A stretch of 64,000 bases of DNA. Origin: Schleiferiaceae bacterium (GTDB taxonomy: Bacteria; Bacteroidota; Bacteroidia; Flavobacteriales; Schleiferiaceae). Below the pieces are notes generated by a model that was not told the DNA's origin, searched no databases, and was given only the letters and a program-made list of their open reading frames with translations. The position numbers were made by a program, and so were the translations under genes. Of this stretch, positions 21,436 through 30,926 are shown one piece after another; positions within the stretch are counted from its first letter, which is position 1, and each line of letters starts with the position of its first letter. The stretch covers positions 899,613 through 963,612 of the forward strand of contig CAVWUM010000002.1 of assembly GCA_963758205.1 (NCBI GenBank). The letters run 5' to 3'.

Positions 21436-21675
21436 TTGATGATGGAAGTAAAGGTTGACATGGATTTTAAAGCCATTCTGAAATTAATATCTCAGTTGCC
21501 TGATGAGAAGGCCAAAGAATTATTTTCATTCTTAAAAGGAAGACTTCATTCAAAAAACACTGGTGGTAAAAATGACCTGAAAAAGTTAGTCCTTGCAGCC
21601 CCGACCTGGGACGATGCTCAATTTAATCTCATGCAGGAAGCCCGGGATTCAATAAACAGCTCCAGACTTGCATGA
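21436..21675 (+). CDS. Type II antitoxin, VapB-like partner of the downstream PIN toxin
   Basis: A small 79-aa ORF whose stop overlaps the vapC start (ATGA overlap), the usual TA gene arrangement. Sequence similarity is weak. Confidence 0.5.
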   Translation: MMMEVKVDMDFKAILKLISQLPDEKAKELFSFLKGRLHSKNTGGKNDLKKLVLAAPTWDDAQFNLMQEARDSINSSRLA

Positions 21676-22046
21676 TACTGCTGGACTCTTCAGTTCTCAT
21701 TGATCTTTTCAGAAAAAAGAAGAAAGAAAACTCATATTTCTATAAAAACCTGTTTGAGTTTGAAGATTTTGCTATTTCAACCATTACCCATTACGAAATA
21801 GGCATTGGAAATAGTTCAACATTTCCGGATTACTGGAAAACACTTACAGATAATTTATCAGTGCTTCCATTGGACAAGAAGTGTGCGGAAGTGGCTATAG
21901 ATATTTATCTTGAATTAAAACGTAAAAGTAAATTGATTGACCTTGCGGATATTCTTATTGCGTCAACGGCCATTTCAAACTCGGTTCCTCTCGCTACATT
22001 AAATAAAAAACATTTTACAAGAATTTCAGATCTGGAAATTCTTTAA
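21672..22046 (+). CDS. vapC: Type II toxin-antitoxin toxin, PIN-domain ribonuclease (VapC family)
   Basis: The N-terminus MILLDSSVLIDLF is PIN-like with conserved acidic residues, and the length is 124 aa. It overlaps the upstream small ORF by 4 nt. Confidence 0.75.
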   Translation: MILLDSSVLIDLFRKKKKENSYFYKNLFEFEDFAISTITHYEIGIGNSSTFPDYWKTLTDNLSVLPLDKKCAEVAIDIYLELKRKSKLIDLADILIASTAISNSVPLATLNKKHFTRISDLEIL

Positions 22047-23524
22047 CTCCCGGACTTCTCCACCAATCTGGTTATTTGCCGTCCGCCAATGTCAATACTA
22101 AGCAGGTACATACCTGTGGCGTAATCCGAAATATCTATTTCCGTACTACGGCTATTAGTTTCTATAGATTTCAGTTTACGACCCGTCATATCAAGTAGTA
22201 TAACTTTTTCAGGAATACTCTCCCTGGTGAGCAAAATGAAGCGGTTTTGCGTGGGATTTGGGTAAATGGATATTTGATCAGCTATATCCTTTTCATAAAT
22301 AGAGGTTGTATTACAATCTGAAACAACGAAATACAAGTAGTCATCAGGGTATTTATTTCCACACGGTGTATAATAATTTCCATTTTTTATATACAGAAAA
22401 TACACTCCATTCTTAAGGGGTGCTCTATGTAGCTCTAACCAAACTGAATCTGAAATCAGAGCTGGGTTTGAATTAGTAGATGCTTTTACAACCGGTCTTA
22501 AAATACTGTCAGGGCCAACAATCCTAAATTCGCTGGCATCAATCGAAATCCCATTTTCAGAAAATGTATTTGTTCCAAAAGAAATAATAGTGTCATTACA
22601 CCCTACCCCATAAAGGGTATCACTTTTTATTAGACCTCCGTCATGTGAGGCATATAGATAGTCTGCGCAAGTATCGCGAACTACTACGTTTATCTCCTGA
22701 TTTATAGAGCCAACCATTACATAAGTACCAATGGTTTGAATATATCGGTATTCCTCTATACGCACTACCGTAGAATAGATGCCAGCTGCTATAGGCGTAA
22801 AACTGGTAGGTGAATAACCATTAGATGTAGGCAGGGGGTTATTTAAATTGAATCCCGGTGTGTAACCTACGGCTCGTCCGTTTGAGTCGAGAATGGGAGC
22901 ATTGATAAAATTTAATGAATCTCCATCTGGCTCAGATGCCCAGATAGTTAATCTTACTTCCTGGTTTTTGCAGAACATATAACGTGGAGGATAAGTAGAT
23001 AATTCTGCCGAGGAATTTGGGCCATATGTATTATTTAATGAGGCTCCAAGAAAGAACTTCGTACTATCTGGTTGAATGATGTTATTTACGAACTTGTTTC
23101 TACAGCATTGGGCATACCCGATCTCAAAATCAGAACATATACCAGGTAGGACTACGGTATCCTGATAATAATAGGCAAATAGCCCGATACTATCCGAGTT
23201 TAGGGTATCCATACAATTAACAGATGGAGGCCATTGAACTCCACCATGGCCGGAGACTGGCGCTCCAATAGGAACAAATGGTTTTAGATTTAATACCTGG
23301 CGGGGAAAACAGGATGAAGTAATGACTGCCTCCTGATTAGTGTAAGCGGAGGTATCAACGGTTTTAAAAATTGTTAATGTAATTATATAGTGATGCGGAA
23401 TAGCAGTTCTTTGTCCAATATATTCATATGTCAACTCCCCACCTGAGGGGGGAATGCTTTGCGATATTGATTCGCTGGAAAAGAATAATACGAGTGAAAA
23501 CAGGAATATAAGACGGCTGGCCAT
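22043..23524 (-). CDS. Secreted hypothetical protein with a T9SS type-A C-terminal sorting domain
   Basis: It has a signal peptide. The C-terminal roughly 80 aa (ISIYPNPTQNRFIL...GMYLLSIDIGGRQITRLVEK) match the Por secretion CTD. Confidence 0.7.
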   Translation of the reverse strand: MASRLIFLFSLVLFFSSESISQSIPPSGGELTYEYIGQRTAIPHHYIITLTIFKTVDTSAYTNQEAVITSSCFPRQVLNLKPFVPIGAPVSGHGGVQWPPSVNCMDTLNSDSIGLFAYYYQDTVVLPGICSDFEIGYAQCCRNKFVNNIIQPDSTKFFLGASLNNTYGPNSSAELSTYPPRYMFCKNQEVRLTIWASEPDGDSLNFINAPILDSNGRAVGYTPGFNLNNPLPTSNGYSPTSFTPIAAGIYSTVVRIEEYRYIQTIGTYVMVGSINQEINVVVRDTCADYLYASHDGGLIKSDTLYGVGCNDTIISFGTNTFSENGISIDASEFRIVGPDSILRPVVKASTNSNPALISDSVWLELHRAPLKNGVYFLYIKNGNYYTPCGNKYPDDYLYFVVSDCNTTSIYEKDIADQISIYPNPTQNRFILLTRESIPEKVILLDMTGRKLKSIETNSRSTEIDISDYATGMYLLSIDIGGRQITRLVEKSGS

Positions 23525-23627
23525 TTCAATTGGTTTGTGGTTCTATTTGTGAAGTACCACAAAATGTGAGCACTACAAAACACCAAATTTGTAAAGAAAG
23601 GCTTTCGCAAATTTGCCGTAGTGCTTT

Positions 23628-24503
23628 CTACCTAAAAACTTCCTCTTTTTCCTCTTCCCTCCTTTCGGGCATAGTACCGTTGCGGAGTTTCCACTCCCGC
23701 TGCTTTTTAAAGGGATGAATTAATAGCATCCAGAATTTATTGTCGGCATTTTCGCGATAAGCCGGTACGCCAATAATGATTTTGTCCTGTTTAATATTGA
23801 GGCGTTTGGTACCATGTAGCCTGTCCCACCAATTGAGTACGGTGCTGTAGTTGCTATCTGTTTCATCTTTTACAATAGAGTGGTGAATACCGTGCATACG
23901 GGGGGTTACAATAAACTTAACCAGGGCGCCCTCAAGCCAGCGTGGCAGCTTTATGTTGCTATGGTGAAAAAGCGTGGCCGACTCAAAAACGATCTCGTAC
24001 ACCAGCAACATCATGGGTGAAACTCCTGAAATAGCAATCACAATCAACCTGAATGGTATTGACATAAGCAACTCACCAAAATGAAAGCGAATAGCGGTGG
24101 AAATGTCCATTTCAGTATCGGCATGGTGCACATTGTGGAAGCGCCATAAAAAGGGTACCCGGTGATTGAGTCTGTGCCAGATGTAAATGGCATAATCGAG
24201 TGTTAATAATCCTAGCGTCCATTGTAGCCAAGCAGGTAACTCCACCAAATTGAGAATACCAATGTTATTTTCACCAAAATAGTAAGCCGCATATACCGTA
24301 ACTGGCAATAGCAGAAGCCTGGCCAATGGTAAGCCCGTAACTGATAGCAGTGCGTTATGTATCCATCTCGGAAATCGTTTGGCTTTCCAAGGACGTAACA
24401 CAATAAAAAACTCCAGCAGCGCTAACACGGCAAACACTCCAATCAAAATGGGGAATGCCACATTATCCATAAAGGGGAGATCGAATAGATTGTCTTTATT
24501 CAT
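23628..24503 (-). CDS. Sterol desaturase/fatty-acid hydroxylase superfamily membrane protein
   Basis: The histidine boxes HRLNH, HNVHH and HGIHH sit in a polytopic membrane protein. Confidence 0.75.
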   Translation of the reverse strand: MNKDNLFDLPFMDNVAFPILIGVFAVLALLEFFIVLRPWKAKRFPRWIHNALLSVTGLPLARLLLLPVTVYAAYYFGENNIGILNLVELPAWLQWTLGLLTLDYAIYIWHRLNHRVPFLWRFHNVHHADTEMDISTAIRFHFGELLMSIPFRLIVIAISGVSPMMLLVYEIVFESATLFHHSNIKLPRWLEGALVKFIVTPRMHGIHHSIVKDETDSNYSTVLNWWDRLHGTKRLNIKQDKIIIGVPAYRENADNKFWMLLIHPFKKQREWKLRNGTMPERREEEKEEVFR

Positions 24504-24592
24504 ATTGCTTTTTGCAGAGGCGTCAAAAGTAAAACAATGCCGGCCAGCCGTTGGTGATAAAGGTTACTCACCCCGCCTTAGCCGAGTATTTA

Positions 24593-27316
24593 CTAATTGT
24601 CTTTGAGATATCTTACTAATTCTTCTTTACATTCCTCTCTCCTCAATTTCCAGAAGGAATAGGCAAGTGGAAAAACTGAAACTCCGGCACGACCTAAAAT
24701 TTTAAATCGTTCTACAGTAAGCGCTTCGCGATACTGCCCGGGGTATCCTATAAGGTCAATGCCCTTAAGTCCTGCCTTTGTTTTCAGCAAAATATCTATG
24801 GGCACACCAGCTATTGAAAAGTAAACCCATGTTTTGAGCTCATGCCCGGCCACAAACGCCATTACTTCAGCCAAAAATAAATCGTGAGATTGTTGAGCCT
24901 GATCAGATACGGAGGTCACCGTACGGATATCCTCCAGGTACATTCGGAGGTAATGATCTGTGGCAAGCTGTTTCGGCTCTACAGAGTGCAGCACATACTG
25001 CCGCCCCTTAGCCCGGGTGATAGAAACATTAAATATATCGGGCTTATTGATATGTACAAATGCCGAATGGTGGCTTTCCATATCCACAGCAAAAGAAAGA
25101 AACATCACATCCCGCTCTTCTCCCTGAAAGGCATAAGCCGTACCCACTGTAAGTCTATGGTTTTGCATCTGCTCAACACTCAATTGATTGCTTAACTGGG
25201 CAGAAATAAAATCAGCCTGATCCCGTAAAGGAGACAACACACCAATACTACTCTTTATCGAGTTTTCAAGCTCAGCCTCGTTTAGTATAATTTCATCTAT
25301 CCTTTTGATGATCTCCTCAGCCTCCTTTTCATTCACGCCCTTTTCATTTCTCCTGCCGTTTACCTTTATTTCAAAATGGCCCAGACCTTCAGTCTTTAAG
25401 GGCCGCTCATTCATAACCCTTAGTGAGTTGCTGTAAAACTCTTTATTTGAAAACCTTATAATTTCAGGTACAGAGCGGTAATGCTCATCAAGAAATGACA
25501 CCTGTTCCTGACTCTGCAGTTGACGACTAACCATATCCAGAAAACTTGTTTCACGAAAGTTGTAAATGGAAAGGTAGCTTTCTTTAAGACCTGACCTCAA
25601 AAGCAATTGCAGCATTTTGTTTTTTGATAAAAACGAGGAATGGCGAAGTTGGTTAGGGTCACCACATACAACCACCCTTTTAGCCCTTTGCAGGGCAGCC
25701 ATACTGGTAGCCATATCGCATTGGCTTGCCTCGTCAATTATCACTAAATCAAAAAGTTCTTTTTGTTGAGGCAGTACTCTATACAAATCAGCCAATTTGC
25801 ACAACCAAATCGGGAAGGCCCTTACTATTATTTTATGATTCAGGTTCTCAAAAATATCCTCACGGTCGCTACTACGGGTTTTCTTAAGTCCCTGGTTTAA
25901 GCCTTCAAGAGTTTGTCTATCATATCGTAATATGTCCTTTATACGCTTATGGTAGTCATTGTAAATTGCCTTTCGGCCAAACTCGATCCGCTTATCTAAA
26001 AGTTCTTCTAAATCCTTAAGCAATTGCCAATGTGGTTTGTACCACCTATGTATTGTTTTAATAATTAAAGATTTGTACTTATCCGAGAGTCTATCCCCAA
26101 GTAACCTTTCTGACCATTCCAGCTCCAGGTCCAATCTCTCTTTTAGCTTTAGTTCAAGCTCTTGAATCTGAGAATTTATGAGTTTTAAATCTGATTGGGT
26201 AATACCAAAACTTTCTACGGTAATAGGCCTGGTTAAGAAATTTCGAAGAGTTGCTTTTAGTTTCCGAAGATTACTTTTTGCCCCACCCCTTATCATTACT
26301 TCATCGGTATGAAGTAACTCCTCAATTTTACGAGCCACTACATCTACAGCTTCATCCTGCTTTGAAGTTATCAGTACAGACTCACCCCTCATCAGATGAT
26401 CCAGCGCCATACAGGCTATGGTATATGATTTACCGGTACCCGGAGGACCAACCACCAATGATAAAGTTTCGGAGCGGGCATTTAATAGAGCGCTTTTTTG
26501 CCCGTTATTTAAAATGGCGGGTAAATAAGGAGGAGTTGTATTTTTCCCCTGGTTAAATGGTGTTTCACCAAAAGTGGCCCTTAATGAACGTGAATAGTCT
26601 TGTGCTCCTGCCAGCTCTTCGAGTTCTGAGAGAATTCCATAGGTTTCTGCGGACTTAGCCACTACGCCAAGCCCTGAAGCCGGTACTAATTTAAAGGTCG
26701 AAATCTCAGCTCTTTGCTTTGGTTGCAATTGTCTTTTTATTCGGGTTTCCTTCCACAGTTCAGGATACATCAATAGCGAATCCGTATCGAGCTCTGGGAA
26801 ATATTTCTTTAGCAGCCTTCCCATATTACCTACCTCACCGTATCCAAATGGATAATTGGGCAGTTCTTTCATAATTTCACTTTCCACTAAACTGCCTTCA
26901 ACACCCTCACCTAAAAGAGTTAGAATTGAGGGGTTTAATCTCCAATTATCTTTTTCAATGTACAGAAAGTAGTGACCCTTCTCAAATTTTATGTAAGCGG
27001 GGAAAAGCAATAATGGAGCACATACCTTTCGTGTTTTACCAAGGTTTGATTCTGAGCCCAACATAAAAACAGCACCGTATAGCAGCTCTTTTTCCTTTTG
27101 ATAGAGCTGCACCATTTTTATAATCCGATCCGCATATTCCTCCGATAGTGCAACCTTAGGCGAGGCATCGTTCAGAAGCTCCTCATTCCCTTCAAACACT
27201 ATTAAATGCTCTACTTTACGGGGATTTAGGTAGTCAGATAATTTAAGTTGCCGATTATCGGCTACATAGCATTGATGTAAATAGGATAAAAGAGCAGGTA
27301 TATCAGAATTCTTCAC
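24593..27316 (-). CDS. Upf1/DNA2-like superfamily-1 helicase (AAA_11/AAA_12) with an unknown N-terminal domain of about 270 aa and a C-terminal restriction-endonuclease-like domain
   Basis: The SF1 motifs are present: Walker A VVGPPGTGKSYT, motif II VIIDEASQ, motif III VVCGDPNQL, motif IV HYRSVPEI, and motifs V/VI GTAYAFQGEERDVMF and VSITRAKG. The C-terminal roughly 120 aa resemble the REase-like tails of DNA2/NAM7-family helicases. Confidence 0.8.
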   Translation of the reverse strand: MKNSDIPALLSYLHQCYVADNRQLKLSDYLNPRKVEHLIVFEGNEELLNDASPKVALSEEYADRIIKMVQLYQKEKELLYGAVFMLGSESNLGKTRKVCAPLLLFPAYIKFEKGHYFLYIEKDNWRLNPSILTLLGEGVEGSLVESEIMKELPNYPFGYGEVGNMGRLLKKYFPELDTDSLLMYPELWKETRIKRQLQPKQRAEISTFKLVPASGLGVVAKSAETYGILSELEELAGAQDYSRSLRATFGETPFNQGKNTTPPYLPAILNNGQKSALLNARSETLSLVVGPPGTGKSYTIACMALDHLMRGESVLITSKQDEAVDVVARKIEELLHTDEVMIRGGAKSNLRKLKATLRNFLTRPITVESFGITQSDLKLINSQIQELELKLKERLDLELEWSERLLGDRLSDKYKSLIIKTIHRWYKPHWQLLKDLEELLDKRIEFGRKAIYNDYHKRIKDILRYDRQTLEGLNQGLKKTRSSDREDIFENLNHKIIVRAFPIWLCKLADLYRVLPQQKELFDLVIIDEASQCDMATSMAALQRAKRVVVCGDPNQLRHSSFLSKNKMLQLLLRSGLKESYLSIYNFRETSFLDMVSRQLQSQEQVSFLDEHYRSVPEIIRFSNKEFYSNSLRVMNERPLKTEGLGHFEIKVNGRRNEKGVNEKEAEEIIKRIDEIILNEAELENSIKSSIGVLSPLRDQADFISAQLSNQLSVEQMQNHRLTVGTAYAFQGEERDVMFLSFAVDMESHHSAFVHINKPDIFNVSITRAKGRQYVLHSVEPKQLATDHYLRMYLEDIRTVTSVSDQAQQSHDLFLAEVMAFVAGHELKTWVYFSIAGVPIDILLKTKAGLKGIDLIGYPGQYREALTVERFKILGRAGVSVFPLAYSFWKLRREECKEELVRYLKDN

Positions 27317-27365
27317 GACCCAAATATGAGCGAATTAACTTGACTTTTGATTACAAATGAAATCA

Positions 27366-28055
27366 TTAAAAGAGTAACTTCCATAGCCGCTCAAACTCCC
27401 TTTCATACGATTTGAATACACCCGGATCCTGCAGCATTATGAGGTTTTCATAATTGTGATCAGCAGCAGAGCGGGTCCAATTATAGCTGCCGGTTAGGAT
27501 AGTCTCCTCATCAAATAAGGCAAATTTGTGATGCATGTGTACGGGCGAACGATCAGTAATTACCTTCAAACCCGCTCTTTCAAGTCTTTTTATATCGGAA
27601 CCAAGATCAAAGGATTTATCATCATCTGTAATAATATTGATCGTCACCTTTCTCCGGTGAGCTGCCAAAAGTTCTTCCGTTATTTCATCATCGCTGATGG
27701 TAAATACACATATGCGAATCTTGATTTTAGCAAACCTTATTTGTGAACATATAGCTTCCCTACAAGCTGTTCCGGGGCTGAAATACACCCTAGGTTTACC
27801 GTGAGTAACTTCACCTTTATCGCCCAAAAGTTTAAAAATTTCGAAGAGCCAATCCAATAACAACTGACTTCGGTGAGAATCTGTCCTTTGCTGCGCTAAT
27901 GCCCTGGCTTCGCTTAACAGAAGCTTTCGCTGATGCTCCGTAAGGTAGATTTCAGAGAGCATCCTTCGTAACTCACCTCGCTCCTTTCTTGTAATAACAA
28001 AGTCATCAAAAGAATTTATCAATGCATTTTTAAGAGTGCTAAAATTTTCATCCAT
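27366..28055 (-). CDS. Phospholipase D-family (Nuc-like) nuclease with a single HKD motif and an N-terminal helical extension
   Basis: The HKD motif HHKFALFDEETILTGSYNWT is present, and the length is 229 aa. There is a 46-bp gap upstream of the helicase gene on the same strand. Confidence 0.8.
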   Translation of the reverse strand: MDENFSTLKNALINSFDDFVITRKERGELRRMLSEIYLTEHQRKLLLSEARALAQQRTDSHRSQLLLDWLFEIFKLLGDKGEVTHGKPRVYFSPGTACREAICSQIRFAKIKIRICVFTISDDEITEELLAAHRRKVTINIITDDDKSFDLGSDIKRLERAGLKVITDRSPVHMHHKFALFDEETILTGSYNWTRSAADHNYENLIMLQDPGVFKSYEREFERLWKLLF

Positions 28056-28060
28056 AGCTT

Positions 28061-28840
28061 TTACTTACTACTGCTTCGGGCCTTTAATAAGCTCAGTTCA
28101 TTTTCTACCTCGCGCATTTTTGTGCTTAATTTATTCTCAGAGCCAATATTTTTAGTAATTATCTTTTCAACCTGCCAAACGCCCTTAAAATCCTTTAAGC
28201 CAAACGTCTTTTGGTACGAATTAAGACTGGCACCCTTAAGCACAACCTGACTTAATGATTTGGAAACAACCCTGCGCAATAGGATTTCGCTGGAGGTTTC
28301 AAAGAGATAGACTTTATCGCTTTCGGTTTGTCCAACGTCAAACTTGTCAGGGCAAACACCTATTACTATATCACCTGCCTCAGGCCCCAAACCGTTGTAG
28401 TTCATAGTGTTGTCACTAATTTCAAACGCGCGGTATTTTTTACCTTTTATAAGCGGGATGCTGATATAGGGTAAGGATGATACGGCTATTGCATCAGTTA
28501 AGTAGGCCCCCTGATTGTTCCAGTCTACGAGTGGAACCGGTACCATATCCACCGGAGCCGACTTCGGTACCAAATTATGGATAGCCTGGTCATTCAGATC
28601 TTTGCGAAATATATCAAATCGATAAAGATCATTAACACTTAGCTCTTTCGTGAGCAGGTCATCAAGGCTAATGCTAAAATAATTAGCTATATCCATGATT
28701 GTTTCTATTTTTGGCTCTGCCCTGCCCTCTTCATAAGCACCAATTGCACCTCGCTTCAAATTGAACAAGTCAGCAAAATCGCTCTGATTAAGCTTTTTCA
28801 CTCCGCGAATCTTCCTGATGTTATTCCCTATATGTGACAT
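28061..28840 (-). CDS. XRE-family HTH transcriptional regulator fused to an S24 (LexA/CI-like) peptidase-like C-terminal domain
   Basis: The N-terminal helix-turn-helix reads IRKIRGVKKLNQSDFADLFNLKRGAIGAYEEG. The C-terminal beta-rich domain has a GDIVIGV segment like S24 peptidases, but the catalytic-Ser motif is atypical. It ends 5 bp upstream of the PLD gene on the same strand. Confidence 0.65.
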   Translation of the reverse strand: MSHIGNNIRKIRGVKKLNQSDFADLFNLKRGAIGAYEEGRAEPKIETIMDIANYFSISLDDLLTKELSVNDLYRFDIFRKDLNDQAIHNLVPKSAPVDMVPVPLVDWNNQGAYLTDAIAVSSLPYISIPLIKGKKYRAFEISDNTMNYNGLGPEAGDIVIGVCPDKFDVGQTESDKVYLFETSSEILLRRVVSKSLSQVVLKGASLNSYQKTFGLKDFKGVWQVEKIITKNIGSENKLSTKMREVENELSLLKARSSSK

Positions 28841-29045
28841 CTGATTTGAAAATTTATGCTAATTTTATTGGTAATACCATTTTTATTAGTATATTCGTCT
28901 TGTAAAGCTAACTAAATTAACATGAACCTCCCAACTTATATTTTATCCCTACCCCCACCTTGATTAAAAAATCACATATATTGGCATGGATAAACCATGC
29001 TAATCAAACTTTTAATTTGAACCCAAATAATTAACACCTATAAAA

Positions 29046-29441
29046 ATGAGCGACCATTTTAACAAAGTTCGGGAGTACCTCCTTGAATTAGACTATGACA
29101 TTAAAACAGAAAATACTTCTGACGAGGTTTTTGTAATTGAGAACGAATCTTCCGGAGTGCGCAACCTTGTAATTGCTTGCGCTGACCCTATCCTGATTTT
29201 AGAGCAGTTTATGTTTGAGCTTAAAGCCTCCTCTGAGGAAATACTCCGAAGCCTGCTCATAAAAAACCGGGATATAGTGCATGGGACTTTTGCGCTTGAT
29301 GAGACAGGTAAGAAGGTAATTTTCAGAGACACGCTTCAACTGGAAAACCTGGATTTCAACGAACTTGAAGGATCCATTAATTCTCTTAGCCTTTTGCTAA
29401 GTGAGTATTCTGATAAACTGATTGAATTTTCAAAACATTAA
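29046..29441 (+). CDS. YbjN-domain protein (putative sensory transduction regulator or chaperone-like)
   Basis: A small acidic protein of 131 aa with YbjN-like sequence. It is in the usual position upstream of pspA-like genes. Confidence 0.6.
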   Translation: MSDHFNKVREYLLELDYDIKTENTSDEVFVIENESSGVRNLVIACADPILILEQFMFELKASSEEILRSLLIKNRDIVHGTFALDETGKKVIFRDTLQLENLDFNELEGSINSLSLLLSEYSDKLIEFSKH

Positions 29442-29453
29442 AAAAATAAAACG

Positions 29454-30187
29454 ATGAACATCTTAAAAAGACTTTTTAGCATAGGGAAAGCCGAAACCCA
29501 TTCGGCCATTGACAAACTGGAAGACCCCATAAAAATGACGGAGCAAGGGTATCCGTGAACTTAAGGAAGACCTTGACAAGGCCCTACATGCCCTGGCTGA
29601 AATAAAGGCACTAAGTATCCGTGCACGTAATGATGTGGAAACATTTGGAAATAAGGCCAGCAGATTATGAAAAGAAGGCCATTATCCTTTTGCAACAAGC
29701 CGAAAAAGGAGACCTGGACACGACCGAAGCTGACAGACTGGCTCAGGAAGCTCTTACTAAAAAAGAGGAAAACCTACAGCAAGTAGCTCGCAGTAAAGCA
29801 GACCGTGAGAAGTTTGAAGGCAATATCTCTTCCATGGATACCAACATCAAAAGGCTTAGAAGCCAGATCAGCCAGTATGAAAACGAACTGAAAACGTTGA
29901 AAGCCCGCGTAAAAGTGAGCTCTGCCACCAAGAATATCAATAAGCAAATGGCTCAGATTGATTCTACCGGCACAGTGAGTATGCTGGAGCGCATGAAGGA
30001 AAAAGTAGCCCAGGAAGAAGCCCTTGCTGAGAGCTATGGGGAAATTGCCAACGAAAGCAGAAGTGTGGACGAAGAAATTGATAAAGCCATCGGTGATGCC
30101 GATAAAGTTAAAGCGGCTGATCAGCTTGCCGAGCTTAAAAAGAAGTTGGGAATGAACAAAGATGATAATGCCCAAAACCAGGGATGA
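29454..30187 (+). pseudogene. pspA: PspA/IM30-family (phage shock protein A/Vipp1-like) gene disrupted by two +1 frameshifts
   Basis: The N-terminus MNILKRLFSIGKAETHSAIDKLEDPIKMTEQG is interrupted; reading continues in the next frame as IRELKEDLDKALHALAEIKALSIRARNDVETFGNKAS, then in the third frame as DYEKKAIILLQQAEKG... through to the end (the 188-aa ORF). There are single extra bases near 29548 and 29662. Confidence 0.7.
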
Positions 30188-30828
30188 GCGAGTTTATTAA
30201 CCTGATCTTTAGTGGAGCCAATGCCTTACCCACAGCGCTGCTACTGTTCATATTCCTTTATTGGATTATTGTTATTCTGGGATTTGTAGGTACCGATTTT
30301 TTGGATATCGACATTGACATAGATGGCGACAACGATCTGGATATGGATGGTGCTTCAAGCGGAGATTTGTCATGGCTCAATAAAGCCCTGCTCTTCTTCA
30401 ACCTGGGCAAAATTCCGCTAATGATATGGCTCACCTTCGTAGCCTTTCCGCTTTGGTTTATCTGTGTAAACGTAAACGGACTGCTCGGCATCGAAAATTT
30501 CTTCTTAGGACTAATTGTATTTATTCCGGCCTTTATTGCCAGTGTATTTCTTGCCAAGTTCCTAACATGGCCCTTTGTTAAGTTTTTTATGAAAATAGAG
30601 GAAGACAGTAAGGAGAAGGAAATAATTGGCAAAATGGGAACTGTGATACTTGCCGCAGATCACCTAAGGCGCGGACAGGCTGAAGTGAATTACCGTGGTA
30701 GCTTTTTAACCTTCTACATAAAAACCCGTGAGGGAGATACCGTGGAAAAAGGGGATAAAGTGCTGTTTATCAAAAATCTTGATAGTGAAGGCTTTTACAT
30801 TATAGAGCCTTATCGCGAGATTGAATAA
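30184..30828 (+). CDS. NfeD/YqiJ-like membrane protein with a C-terminal OB-fold
   Basis: N-terminal TM helices, an acidic DIDIDIDGDNDLDMD loop, and a C-terminal soluble beta domain. Its position directly upstream of a flotillin gene parallels yqiJ-yqiK. Confidence 0.6.
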   Translation: MSEFINLIFSGANALPTALLLFIFLYWIIVILGFVGTDFLDIDIDIDGDNDLDMDGASSGDLSWLNKALLFFNLGKIPLMIWLTFVAFPLWFICVNVNGLLGIENFFLGLIVFIPAFIASVFLAKFLTWPFVKFFMKIEEDSKEKEIIGKMGTVILAADHLRRGQAEVNYRGSFLTFYIKTREGDTVEKGDKVLFIKNLDSEGFYIIEPYREIE

Positions 30829-30926
30829 GCAACTCGTTCATAGGATTTCTATAAGTTGAAAAACTAACAATAACTAACATGCCACCAGCCCCACCGGGGT
30901 CTGGCGGCCTAACTTAAAAACATAAA

